64,000 nucleotides of DNA, taken from the IMG/VR virus record IMGVR_UViG_3300005663_000032. One strand, 5' to 3'. A program made the translations under genes and the position numbers. Each line of letters begins with the position of its first letter. Positions within the stretch are counted from its first letter, which is position 1. Source of the stretch: an uncultured virus (IMG/VR IMGVR_UViG_3300005663_000032) (Duplodnaviria > Heunggongvirae > Uroviricota > Caudoviricetes). The notes under the pieces are model-generated. The model ran no database searches, was not told where the DNA came from, and saw only the letters and a list, made by a program, of their open reading frames with translations. This document shows positions 31,787 through 42,559 of this stretch, in pieces.

Positions 31787-33730
31787 GTGACAGAATATCA
31801 AACTAATAACTTAGTTGAAAAATTCAAACTCGAACCTAATCTTACAAAACTATTTGTAGATTCGCACAATAAATTAGTTGAGGGATTCACTGGAATCGAT
31901 ATAGGCAACCAGAAAAAACGCCACACGGCAACGGTATCTCACTCACTAACAGAATTGAAAAATAATGACCTTTACGAACATATTATCCGTTCATGCCCAA
32001 GAAGCATTTCTGCAAGGACTGCCTTAAGATTACTTGATGAAGATCATAATGTTAAGGAGGAACTAAAACAGGAATTGCTACATGGAGATTATCATTATAG
32101 GGACACACTAGTACAACAAATTAACGACGAAACCGTGTTATCAGAATATATGCTAAATTATAATGGGGCAGTCGCTGGACCTGTCGTTGCATTACTAAAA
32201 TTGTATGCGATGTCAAACTATTCAGACACTCCTCTGTTCAAGGCATATCTAATGTCTCCGACTACAGAAGTAAAAAATCTTGCTTTTGATTATATGTCGG
32301 AAGAAACTCGAATGAATTCATGCATGATTGCAATAGGAGAAAAAGCACTTGATGTGAAAACCATCAACGTAAACTTAACTCAGGAGAAAAAGGCATGGGC
32401 CTTCAATTATGTAGTTTCTAAAAAACGATCAACCAAACGAATGGTCAACAACGTTGCAAAACGTGAATGGAACGCATTGAGCTTCGAAGATAAAAGGAAT
32501 TCCGAACTTAGTAGACGCGTTGGAGCCCACTTATTTTTAGAAGCAGTCCAAACCATAACTGATATTCCTCTGATTGAGGAAATATTCAAGATAGTCAGAG
32601 ACAGGACTGTAATGAAACACATTCTTGCCAACGAATTACTTGATAATCAGGATTTGGTATTTGATGTGATGGGTCGCTTGAGTGACGACACACTGGTAAA
32701 AATGGCAACTGCCAAAATATCTGACATTAAAAAACTCAAGAAAGAATTGTTAAGGAGAACACGTAGTGTGGAAATAACAGACGCAATGATCGATCAACTC
32801 GGCCAACTCACAGACAAGGAACTGAAAAGATATGCATTGGCCCCCGCGATTCCTCCAGAATCAAGGGCGCATGTTGTCGGAAAAATCCCTGACACCAATA
32901 TAAATCTACTAGAAGAACTTGCATTAAGAGGTGTTCGAGAAGTTTTTTCTGCTGCGGTAGAAAAAATAAATGACGAAAAAACCATTCTTAAATTAATAGG
33001 AATGAAACCAAAAAGCACAAAGAAATGGATGTCCTATCACATGTATCGTTTCTGTAAACAGATTCCAGATAATGTATTTACACTCGAGGAAATTAAAAAA
33101 GAGACCTGGATAACAGATTGTGATGAGACGGGGAATCGTGATAATTATATTGATCGATTAATTGACGATATGAATGCTCCTCTGAGTCTAGTGCGTATAC
33201 TTGAAACTAATGTTGCAAATTCTTATTATATTCAACAAAGTATTAAAAAAATACTGACAAGACTAACAGAATTTGACACTCAATCAATAATACGTAGAAT
33301 CAGAGATTTTGCCAGAACACAGGCATATAAGATCGATTACATCTGGAATGAACTAGGAAAGTTCTTCGAAGATGATCAGGACTTTATGCTTGAACGATTG
33401 GTGGATGCAACTGGCACTCAGAGTAACACTACTATTGAAGGCATTTCTAGCTGGTTGGATGACGAACATTCAGAAGAAGCAATGGTATTATTATTGGATA
33501 ATAAATTTACTGCACAGAGCTATATCAGACCACTCATGAACAAACTCGACCCTAAAACAAGAGTCGCTTACATTCTTGAATACGAGACACAACTTACATG
33601 GTGGTCTAGTTATGGATTTGATTTAATAACTAAAGGATTTGGGAATGATGAGTACCAAACCCTGACAGTGGGCCTAAAACGTCAAGAAATGGCGAGACGG
33701 GCACGAGAATCAATAACTTTGGAAGGTTAA
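31787..33730 (+). CDS. large alpha-helical (HEAT-like) repeat protein
   Basis: recurring A..KI.D...L pattern; AGGTGA SD. Confidence 0.7.
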   Translation: MTEYQTNNLVEKFKLEPNLTKLFVDSHNKLVEGFTGIDIGNQKKRHTATVSHSLTELKNNDLYEHIIRSCPRSISARTALRLLDEDHNVKEELKQELLHGDYHYRDTLVQQINDETVLSEYMLNYNGAVAGPVVALLKLYAMSNYSDTPLFKAYLMSPTTEVKNLAFDYMSEETRMNSCMIAIGEKALDVKTINVNLTQEKKAWAFNYVVSKKRSTKRMVNNVAKREWNALSFEDKRNSELSRRVGAHLFLEAVQTITDIPLIEEIFKIVRDRTVMKHILANELLDNQDLVFDVMGRLSDDTLVKMATAKISDIKKLKKELLRRTRSVEITDAMIDQLGQLTDKELKRYALAPAIPPESRAHVVGKIPDTNINLLEELALRGVREVFSAAVEKINDEKTILKLIGMKPKSTKKWMSYHMYRFCKQIPDNVFTLEEIKKETWITDCDETGNRDNYIDRLIDDMNAPLSLVRILETNVANSYYIQQSIKKILTRLTEFDTQSIIRRIRDFARTQAYKIDYIWNELGKFFEDDQDFMLERLVDATGTQSNTTIEGISSWLDDEHSEEAMVLLLDNKFTAQSYIRPLMNKLDPKTRVAYILEYETQLTWWSSYGFDLITKGFGNDEYQTLTVGLKRQEMARRARESITLEG

Positions 33731-33737
33731 ATATTTC

Positions 33738-33965
33738 ATGGACAACAAAATCCAAACGGTGATCAAATCTCATTTGAAAGCTGTTAAAGACGAACTAATA
33801 AAAGATTTACTTGAATTGCACAAACAAATAACTGCAAAAAATGCACATTCATCAGCAGCCCAAGAATCTTGGACTTGTGGTTGTTATTACGATCCAGAGG
33901 CAAACGTTGATTGTTTGATGCATTTATTATTAGAGCTCTTTGATATCGAATATGACCTGCCATAA
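33738..33965 (+). CDS. hypothetical protein
   Basis: motif-bounded; sits within the HEAT cluster. Confidence 0.7.
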   Translation: MDNKIQTVIKSHLKAVKDELIKDLLELHKQITAKNAHSSAAQESWTCGCYYDPEANVDCLMHLLLELFDIEYDLP

Positions 33966-33983
33966 ATATTTCTAATATTTCCA

Positions 33984-35306
33984 GTGGAAGACGAAGAAAA
34001 AGAAAACGCAGACTGCGTGTTCGCCGCTAAATCACTAAAAGATCTTTTAGTTTTATTTGATAAGGGAGATCATTATCGCAACCTCTGGGAGCCGGTAATT
34101 ATCCGCTTATTGAAATACAAAGACGAAAAGAAACTGAATGATCGATTGGACGAATATCTTTACGAAGCTAGTCCCGACAGAAAAATCTTGAGATTATTAT
34201 CAACTGAGGATCAACTTGCAAAATTTGTTGAGCTGACTTTCAGAGGAGATAATAAATTGGATTTGCAAACCCTTCTTGATCATGAGAAAATTACTGATGA
34301 AATCAAACAGGAAATGTATAAGAGCATCAGAAATGCTCATCAGCGGTACTATATAATCCGCCACATTACGGGTGATACTGATTTTTGGGCCGCTCTAGCA
34401 AGCAATGAAGACGAGAAACAAATCGTCGCATATGCAACAATGCAATTACAAAAATTTGATCCAAACTTCAACAAGATAGATCTTGTTAAACGAAGAATAC
34501 TTGGTATGATGAAGAACGAAGTTTATGGGTCTAGACGCGACCTATTGGAAGAATTACTCGATCAGTTAAAGCATGATAAGGAGTTTATTCACTCTTTGAT
34601 CGACCCCCATGGTGGTTTTCATCACAGTAATCGATCAGAAGTCTATCCGATGATCTCAGATATTACCTATCTAGATAAGATGCTGAGACGCGAGAAAAGC
34701 TATCGAGTTAGAAAAGTTGGACTTAAAAGACTAAAATCTTTGACGACAGGTTCTCATCTTGATTTGATTATTCACATAATCAAGACAGATAGAACACAAG
34801 ACGGCCTTGATCATTTTATCAAACAGTTAGGCATTCTTACTGAATTCTCACCAATTTTGGTGGATAAATTCCTGAATCCAAACACCCCACCAAACGCAGT
34901 AACAGATTTATTTGAAAAATTTAAATATTGTAAACAAAGCGATCCGAAGGAATACCAGCGAATATTGAAGGGGTTTTGTGAGGTCGGAACAGGTCCTGCC
35001 CACCATTCTGCAGCGGCAGAGCTGGATAAAACACCTGCAAACGCCCAATATCTGCTAGAAATGCTTCAAAACGCAATTGAATCCAACCGAAGTGTTCTCA
35101 AAGAGGAACTATTGGAACTATTGGATGATGCCGGAAGACTCAAGATTTTGGAAGATTACGGGGATAACTTATTCAGATATTATTCCAACGACAAACTGAA
35201 GATTATACTCAGAAGATTTACCGACGAGGATCTAAGCAATCTAACAGTATTGTATACAGACTCATCGTTTGGTAAAATTGCACGAGATGTGCTAAGAGAG
35301 CGTTAA
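33984..35306 (+). CDS. alpha-helical (HEAT-like) repeat protein
   Basis: REKSYRVRKVGLKRL. Confidence 0.65.
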   Translation: MEDEEKENADCVFAAKSLKDLLVLFDKGDHYRNLWEPVIIRLLKYKDEKKLNDRLDEYLYEASPDRKILRLLSTEDQLAKFVELTFRGDNKLDLQTLLDHEKITDEIKQEMYKSIRNAHQRYYIIRHITGDTDFWAALASNEDEKQIVAYATMQLQKFDPNFNKIDLVKRRILGMMKNEVYGSRRDLLEELLDQLKHDKEFIHSLIDPHGGFHHSNRSEVYPMISDITYLDKMLRREKSYRVRKVGLKRLKSLTTGSHLDLIIHIIKTDRTQDGLDHFIKQLGILTEFSPILVDKFLNPNTPPNAVTDLFEKFKYCKQSDPKEYQRILKGFCEVGTGPAHHSAAAELDKTPANAQYLLEMLQNAIESNRSVLKEELLELLDDAGRLKILEDYGDNLFRYYSNDKLKIILRRFTDEDLSNLTVLYTDSSFGKIARDVLRER

Positions 35307-35320
35307 TCTCAAAATATTTC

Positions 35321-36781
35321 ATGTCATGGAGAAATCGCCTTAGCGATAAAATGATATTAAACATCATAACTTATGAAGATGATCGATACATTTTACACGA
35401 CATTATAATGGAACTCTACGTCAATAAATCAAAATTATATCTGGTTTATCACGCGGTAGATGAACTTCAGCGTGGAATTGGTAAATGGCGTCCTGAGGAT
35501 GAAAAAATTCTCATTCCTATTCTCAAAAAACTATTCATAGATTTGAGAGAGGGTGATTATACAGATTCAGACAGATCAATTGCAATATCTTTGATGCGTC
35601 TTATCGTGTCCTTTATGGGTATACACGCAAAGAAAAAACCCATTCAAGACTTATTCGCAGAGATTGCCGGATTCAATCAGGATGAAGTATTTGATTATGG
35701 TCGATATTATCCTGAAAACGATTTAACTCGATTGATGACTACTTGTGCTGAAAAATTGAGGTCAAACTCAAAAATAATGTCTGCATATGAAAATTGCGGA
35801 AAAAGTTCAGAACAACGAATAATCATATTATCACAACTGAAACGAAAAACACCTCAATTCTGGAAACAGTTTGCAAACAAGACATCTGATAAAAATGTTT
35901 GGGGGTTTATGGTCTCTCAAATTAAAGATGAGAAAATGATGCTGGAGGTATTGGAAAAAATACCAAAAAGTGGCTACCGTTGGTCAGTATTCAACGCTAT
36001 CCAAAAGGCAGTAGCTAACTTTTCAGCCGAACAGATAAATTATCTGCTGATGAATGCAAATAATTGGATGATTCAGAAAGCTCTACTTTCTCTGAGTGAT
36101 TCATTTACTCTGACAAAAGGAATTCTGCTGAAAACAAATTCTATTATTGTTAGACAAACAGCATTTGCTAGACTTAGTGATTTTGGAAAAAATACCATTG
36201 ATCATGATTTATTGAGACATTTGGCAAAAACCAAGAAATTCAACAGGCTTTGGGATAAAATAATCCCACGTCTCAGAAAAGACCGTTATGAATTATACAA
36301 ATTCATGCTCGAACATGAAAAATTAGAAGAAAAACGCCCTTGGTATTATAATGATCTTATGAAGAAAATGATCGACAATTTTCCAGATGATCAAGCCGAA
36401 ACCGATGAACTGGCTTTAATAATATATGATCACAGCTATGAATACGGTCATCTTTGGACCTTAGTAAGTGCATTCAGAAAAATGCCAAAAGATGCAGATC
36501 GAATAGTAAAATTCATTGCACAAACTCACTCTAGGTATGCTGGACATATATTACATGATGAAGATTATGAAGTGATGTCTGCGTTTGTTGTCAAACAAGA
36601 TATCGAATATGTTGCATCAGTCATGGAGCTGATCGGTTTGCGCAATCGCGATGCTGAACTGTGGACTAAAGTTACAGCTGAGCTTCCACTAGAGGAATTA
36701 CAAACTCTGATATTAATGTCTGAAAATGTATCAGATACAATTTCCTATCGGAAACAACTAAAAATCCGATTAGAGAACTAA
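35321..36781 (+). CDS. alpha-helical (HEAT-like) repeat protein
   Basis: TNSIIVRQTAFARL. Confidence 0.65.
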   Translation: MSWRNRLSDKMILNIITYEDDRYILHDIIMELYVNKSKLYLVYHAVDELQRGIGKWRPEDEKILIPILKKLFIDLREGDYTDSDRSIAISLMRLIVSFMGIHAKKKPIQDLFAEIAGFNQDEVFDYGRYYPENDLTRLMTTCAEKLRSNSKIMSAYENCGKSSEQRIIILSQLKRKTPQFWKQFANKTSDKNVWGFMVSQIKDEKMMLEVLEKIPKSGYRWSVFNAIQKAVANFSAEQINYLLMNANNWMIQKALLSLSDSFTLTKGILLKTNSIIVRQTAFARLSDFGKNTIDHDLLRHLAKTKKFNRLWDKIIPRLRKDRYELYKFMLEHEKLEEKRPWYYNDLMKKMIDNFPDDQAETDELALIIYDHSYEYGHLWTLVSAFRKMPKDADRIVKFIAQTHSRYAGHILHDEDYEVMSAFVVKQDIEYVASVMELIGLRNRDAELWTKVTAELPLEELQTLILMSENVSDTISYRKQLKIRLEN

Positions 36782-37934
36782 TATTTCATGCCTCTGAGCA
36801 ACAACACCGTAATCGAAAAATTCCTTCAGGGGAAAAAAGGTACAAGTGGGTCATTACGATCTACTGGTGATGAATTATGGTATGGTTGGAGTTATTATGG
36901 AGGTGGCTACCGATGGAAGCGCCTCGAAGGATTTACAGATCAATTGGGTCGAAAAGTAATCTATGTAGACGGATATGCTTGGGATTGGAATAGCTACCGC
37001 ATTACAAATAGTGATGCATTATTATTATTAATGCCCAAAGAGGAGACTTAATGGCATATTCAAAAACATCCATAATAGAAAACCTATCAAAAACGATTAC
37101 CCGTCTAGAAAAAAAGGTTAGTATGGCAGGTGGAAAGAAATTTTCGGAGATCAGTGAGATTGAAACCGAATTAAACCAACTGAAAACATTACAAAAACAG
37201 ATAGGGCGATTTCCAAACGACTTATTTGAAAATCTACCAGAATCTGTGATAGACATTAACGTAATCACCAGAACCGATCTGTTATTCAGTATACCAAACG
37301 GCCTATTGGAATTAGATACAAATCAATACAATTCGTTCATTTCTCTATTGAAAGAACAATTAAAATCCGGCCTTCGAAAAGAATCACTACGATTAATACG
37401 TGATGCTTGGAAGGAATGGAAATAATATTTCATCATGAATTATAATACATATGACCAATATGGTGCAGTTGTTGAACTCATGAAAGCAATGCCGAGCTAT
37501 ATCGGGATTGTGGCAATCTATGAGGTGATAGCAGCAAAAAGACCTCAGAGAAAAAGATACAAACTGAGGCGGTTGAGAAAATCCACAAAAATTGGAAAAA
37601 TATCAGAAACAATCATCTCGCGTAGAGAACTAGAAAATTTTCTGGTCTATTTTGAAGGCACCTGTTTGATACGAACAACCCAACAAAAACCAATAGATAA
37701 TGACCGAAGAGAGACAAGATTCGCAAAATTCGAAATTTCAATAAAATAATATTTCATGTCTGAACAGTTAATTTACAGAAGAAACAAAATAACTGAACTT
37801 GAAGAAACAAAAATCATTCAAGAATTAGAGATTGATACTTACTGTGAAGACCTAATGGTTCTTCGCATACACTCAATCTTTATTAAAGACAACAAGAAAT
37901 TTGTTACAGTAAAAGTGATAACAAGTGATAACTA

Positions 37935-38339
37935 TTGACTGAAACTGAAGAAAAAATTCCGGCAACATTTACCGGAACCCATGTATATTGTAATCATTGC
38001 CTGCAAAAAATGTTAATGATGAATCCCGTAGGGACAAAAATCAAAAAAACAGGTTATTTGCATAGCACTTGTGCGCGATCGATCGTCAGGAAGGCGATAC
38101 GAGAAGTTCCTTTTTTTGGAACGCAGGGCAAAATTGCCCTATTGGAGGCAGTAACGTCTGCTTTCAAGGGCTGGGCAGGTGCCGATTTGGCTGCAAAACC
38201 AATCGTGGAAAAAATACTATCCAGTGAGAAATTTATGAAATGGCTCAAGACCGATGATAAAATCGGTAAGAAGTTTAAAGAAGCTTTTGAAAAAGAAATT
38301 GAAATAGATGAAGACTATTTGGATAATAAAGAGGGCTAA
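37935..38339 (+). CDS. hypothetical Cys/His protein
   Basis: CNHC...HSTC. Confidence 0.7.
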   Translation: MTETEEKIPATFTGTHVYCNHCLQKMLMMNPVGTKIKKTGYLHSTCARSIVRKAIREVPFFGTQGKIALLEAVTSAFKGWAGADLAAKPIVEKILSSEKFMKWLKTDDKIGKKFKEAFEKEIEIDEDYLDNKEG

Positions 38340-38413
38340 TCATGGATGGAGAAAAAACTGAGGGTGCAAAGCCTGAAAGAATCGTGGAAAAAGATGGTAA
38401 AAAATAATATTTC

Positions 38414-38776
38414 ATGCCCGTAAATTTAATTGGTAAAACTTACAACCTTCCTAAAGAACAAAGAATTATGATTATGGATTGGGTCCACTGGCGCCCCATA
38501 TGGGATTTCGTCGGCCACTATCTGATTAATTTATCTGTGGAAGACTTCCACATGTTAGAAGAATTTGGTGGATTAATTCCAAAGGATTTTCGTGACGAGA
38601 TGATTATTGCCATAACGGATGCATTAAATATTCGTGAACAACAAGTAAACATATACCGAAGAGAAGAACGCGAAATCCTCATCAGACACGGGGATGGTCA
38701 TTCTTTGGATTGGGAAAAACTTAAAGAATTTCTTGTGTTTATAGAAAACAATGAGGAATTTGTAATACACGCCTAA
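38414..38776 (+). CDS. hypothetical protein
   Basis: motif-bounded; WRPIWDF motif. Confidence 0.75.
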   Translation: MPVNLIGKTYNLPKEQRIMIMDWVHWRPIWDFVGHYLINLSVEDFHMLEEFGGLIPKDFRDEMIIAITDALNIREQQVNIYRREEREILIRHGDGHSLDWEKLKEFLVFIENNEEFVIHA

Positions 38777-38783
38777 ATATTTC

Positions 38784-39047
38784 GTGCCTACATGGGTATT
38801 AGAGTATTCCATTGATTTCACGGATATACGAGATCGTACAATAAAATGGAATTACCAACGGATAATGCACACTTTTAGTAAGATTTTATATGATTTGGGG
38901 CTCAAAAGAAATCCTGCATCTAATAATTATTTACTTAATGACGAAACTCTGATTGACCAAATCGTGGATGAATTTAAAAAATTAGCAAACGATGACCCCA
39001 GAATTAAAATGAAAATAACCAAGACCGAAACAATTATTGACATTTGA
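38784..39047 (+). CDS. possible Cas2/VapD-like ferredoxin-fold protein
   Basis: WVLEYSI...FSKILYDLGLKR..ASNNY loosely matches the Cas2/VapD pattern. Confidence 0.3.
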   Translation: MPTWVLEYSIDFTDIRDRTIKWNYQRIMHTFSKILYDLGLKRNPASNNYLLNDETLIDQIVDEFKKLANDDPRIKMKITKTETIIDI

Positions 39048-39061
39048 CATTAATATTTCTC

Positions 39062-39487
39062 ATGACAATTGACATATATGAAAACACAGTTAGTTTGAGA
39101 TCAATTACCTTTGGTCAACTACTAGAAACTAATCTTAGTGATATAAAACATCCATTTTATATTAGTCTTCCAATACTCGGTCCGGATAGCAGCCAATGTG
39201 GTGTGTTTATTACAAAAAGAGGCGATAAATGGATGCTAAGTGATCTTGGCAAGGCATTTGGTTACTTATGGGATCACAAGATTGAATCTTCGAACAATGC
39301 GCTTAGGTTTCTTATAAAGCATCTAGATACCCATGGGTATATTATTGAGGGCAACGAATTATTGCTTATGACAGACAAATTAAGTGTTAATGACATACTA
39401 GATATGGCTGCAAAGATCTCAACAATAAAACACGCTTGTACATATTTAGATGAACTAATTGGAGACACCAATCTTCCCTCCGAATAA
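39062..39487 (+). CDS. DUF1828-like protein (start corrected)
   Basis: ISLPILGPDS...VFITKRGDKWMLSDLGKAF. Confidence 0.6.
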   Translation: MTIDIYENTVSLRSITFGQLLETNLSDIKHPFYISLPILGPDSSQCGVFITKRGDKWMLSDLGKAFGYLWDHKIESSNNALRFLIKHLDTHGYIIEGNELLLMTDKLSVNDILDMAAKISTIKHACTYLDELIGDTNLPSE

Positions 39488-40784
39488 TATTTCTATGCAC
39501 GAAGCATTAAAAGAACAAATTAGAGTTCTTCAAAATTACATATGGGACAAAGAACGCAATCTGCGCAATCTTGAGCGCGATCTTCGCCTGCAACTCATTG
39601 ATAAACCAGTTGATTTTTTTCAATTAAATGTGAGAATTACTGTCCCGTTAGAATTAAGTTCTAGAAGATTATCTGATGATGAGGATGACTCTCCTGAATC
39701 TGCTTATGACTCAATTATGAGTCAAGTAATTCGCAATATTGAAGAGGGTTATAATGATCCTGAATGTCCAAGCAATGGACAAATGGCAGTAGAATTACTT
39801 GAACAAAAAATCATAAAACTAACACACGAAACGTTTAATGAGTTATGGGGTAAAAATCACTTCAATACAATTCGTAACAAAAAGAGTGTAAAGGAAATGA
39901 TAGAATAATATTTCGATGATCAAGTCACAAATTGAACTTGTTAAACAACTTTGGAATTTAACAGATGATCTAATCGCACAGGATTTGGATGTAAGTCAAA
40001 TATACATTCACTCTCTTGATCAGAAACTTGCCTTCGCAACACTAGAAAAATTCCATAAAACATTGCCAGAGACACTAAAATGTCCTAACTGTGATGAAAC
40101 AAATCCTGCCTCGGCAGTAGAAATTGTGTATCACATTGAAAAATCATCAAGGGGTACTTACACTCACTTAAGGTGCAAATACGATTTTTGCGGAAAAACA
40201 ACCCCCATGGGGGCTGTATTGAGACACAACCAATAATATTTCTATGGACTATCGCGACGAAGATCTAACAGAAGATGAACGTGCCATAATACTAAAGATT
40301 CAAAAATTATGGACTGAAATGGGGATGATCCCCGTATCTGTAAATAATCTCTATGATTTGTTTATTCAGATCAAATCCGAAAACGATCAATGGTATAAAA
40401 TACAAACCCACGATAAAATTGATAGAGAGTGGGAGAAATTAGTACTCGCTGAGTTATCTACCTATACGATACATCGAGGGATCACATTTGCCTCGGCAAT
40501 GAGGTTGTTAATGGAATACAACTTCTTTGTATCTGTCTCATTTCAAGACATGTACGATATGTATAGTGGCAGTGAGGATGAGGATTAATGGTAGAATTTG
40601 AAATTGATTTTACAAAATTAAAAGAAATGTTCGAACATATGAAGCCTAAAAACTGGACAAATGGGAGTTTAATGATTCATACTGATGGGTCATTGACATT
40701 CACATCAATAGATGGGGAACAAGAAATAGAACTCGTCCCAAAAAAACATTAATATTTCTCTCGTAGCAATACGAGTGGTTAATT

Positions 40785-41582
40785 ATGGCATCAACGAAAT
40801 TAACATTACAAATAGGCTTGCTCCCCCTCGCTATAGGGTTGGCAAAGTCTACCAGTACTAAGATTGGATTCAAACAGGGGTTTGAAGGAGTTCCAGTCAA
40901 AACAGTACGAGTCATCAGCAGGGCCGAAAAGCCAAGAACTGTTGAGGAAATTGATCGCATTGTTCAATTCAATGAATTAACGAAACTGTATGACGCAGGA
41001 GACAAATTCATTCCAATTAGCAAAGAGATACTCAAAAAGGCAACACCTGCCTCATCGGATACAATGTCCATTCTAAGGATAATTCCTAGAAAGAACTTGC
41101 CATTGAATATTATTGATGGATCACATTACTTTTTGGAAATTCAGAAAAATAAACAAAAATTGATTCCTGAAGATTCCAAAATAGTATATACTATGTTGTA
41201 TGAATATTTGAAGTCACGCGATTTGATAATGATCACTAACTATTCCACCAGGGGCAGCACAAAAGCTGCAGTCATTTATCCCGCCCCAAAAGGATTAAGA
41301 TTGGCTAATATCGTTCCTGAAAACCTTCAAAGACATCAAGAACAACAGGTTCTTTATGAGGGCGATATTGGTGAAAAACACATTGGGATGTTTGAAAAGA
41401 TGGTCGGTGACAACAACAAAGACGAAATCGACAAAGAAGAATTAATTGATAACTCTTATGCACAAATCAATGATACAATTGAAAAAATACTAGCGGGAGA
41501 GGAAATTCCAGATATGGAAACTCCTGTGGTTACAAAACCCCAAGGTTCATTATTGGACCTGTTAGCCGCAGCCTCAGAATAA
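40785..41582 (+). CDS. ku: Ku-like DNA end-binding protein
   Basis: LQIGLLPLAIGLAKST N-terminal strands, ELTKLYD...FIPI, SHYFL, YTMLYEYL, DNSYAQINDTIEKILAG, SLLDLL: divergent prokaryotic Ku layout. Confidence 0.7.
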   Translation: MASTKLTLQIGLLPLAIGLAKSTSTKIGFKQGFEGVPVKTVRVISRAEKPRTVEEIDRIVQFNELTKLYDAGDKFIPISKEILKKATPASSDTMSILRIIPRKNLPLNIIDGSHYFLEIQKNKQKLIPEDSKIVYTMLYEYLKSRDLIMITNYSTRGSTKAAVIYPAPKGLRLANIVPENLQRHQEQQVLYEGDIGEKHIGMFEKMVGDNNKDEIDKEELIDNSYAQINDTIEKILAGEEIPDMETPVVTKPQGSLLDLLAAASE

Positions 41583-41601
41583 CTCAACCCAGTAATATTT
41601 C

Positions 41602-41892
41602 ATGAGTGAACCTAAAACTAAAAACGAACTGAACGATCGTGACATACGAATCAATATTACATATATGCTATTTGTATTCACAAAGGGCCTAACTGTAGGT
41701 ATGATGATTGAAAAATTGGATCATTTTTTTGGTATTGTTATTAGTAGGTATTCAGCTAATAAAATACACCAGAAATGTAAATTCATGGTACAGAGCAATA
41801 TTCTTCGTAAAGAAGGTAAATACCTATATTTCCTATCTGAAAGTACCAGAGAGGAAATGGAAAGAGTTGGAGTGCTATTTGTTTCAAAATGA
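41602..41892 (+). CDS. winged-helix-like protein
   Basis: GLTVGMMIEKL...MVQSNILRKEGKYLY. Confidence 0.45.
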   Translation: MSEPKTKNELNDRDIRINITYMLFVFTKGLTVGMMIEKLDHFFGIVISRYSANKIHQKCKFMVQSNILRKEGKYLYFLSESTREEMERVGVLFVSK

Positions 41893-42193
41893 TTCACAAT
41901 TAATATTTCATGGCAAAAATTCGCCAAGACGAAACAGGTCTATACATAATTTCAGGCGGTTATTTAATACGCCCGAAAGGAATAATATGGGTGAAGCAAC
42001 ACCTGAAAATAGAATATCTCGCCGAAAGCCAATACAAAATTGGGGATTATGTGCGTACCAGTGCTCATGCAGGACCGAATGTTTATTTAAGACAAGGTAA
42101 GAAAAATACTAAAGAGTATCATTCTGAGGCATGGACTCGAATTGAACTAAGTCCCGAAATGAAAAAAGCACTTGGTAAATAATAATATTTCAG

Positions 42194-42559
42194 ATGACAC
42201 AAATAGAAATCTATTATACAAAATCAGTATTCTTAACCATTAATAATAAACTGGCTAATTTTGATATCAATGAAGTAATAGAAGATATTATAAAACATCT
42301 GCCTGTTACTCATATAAAGGTGTATGAACAAACACTCAGCAGTTCGACCACACCTTCAACAAAGATGAATTGGAATCAAATCTTAGAGTATTATTTTGAA
42401 TTGTTTAATAATGAAAATAATCCTCTGGCAACTGATGACAAACAGGCATTGCTTATAAAATATAAATCACACACTTCTATGTCTGTTGGGGATATTATCA
42501 AATTTAATGATGAATATCACTATTGCAAGGGCATGGGGTGGAAATTATTGTCACAATAA
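42194..42559 (+). CDS. YodL-like domain protein
   Basis: HTSMSVGDII...YHYCKGMGW. Confidence 0.55.
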   Translation: MTQIEIYYTKSVFLTINNKLANFDINEVIEDIIKHLPVTHIKVYEQTLSSSTTPSTKMNWNQILEYYFELFNNENNPLATDDKQALLIKYKSHTSMSVGDIIKFNDEYHYCKGMGWKLLSQ

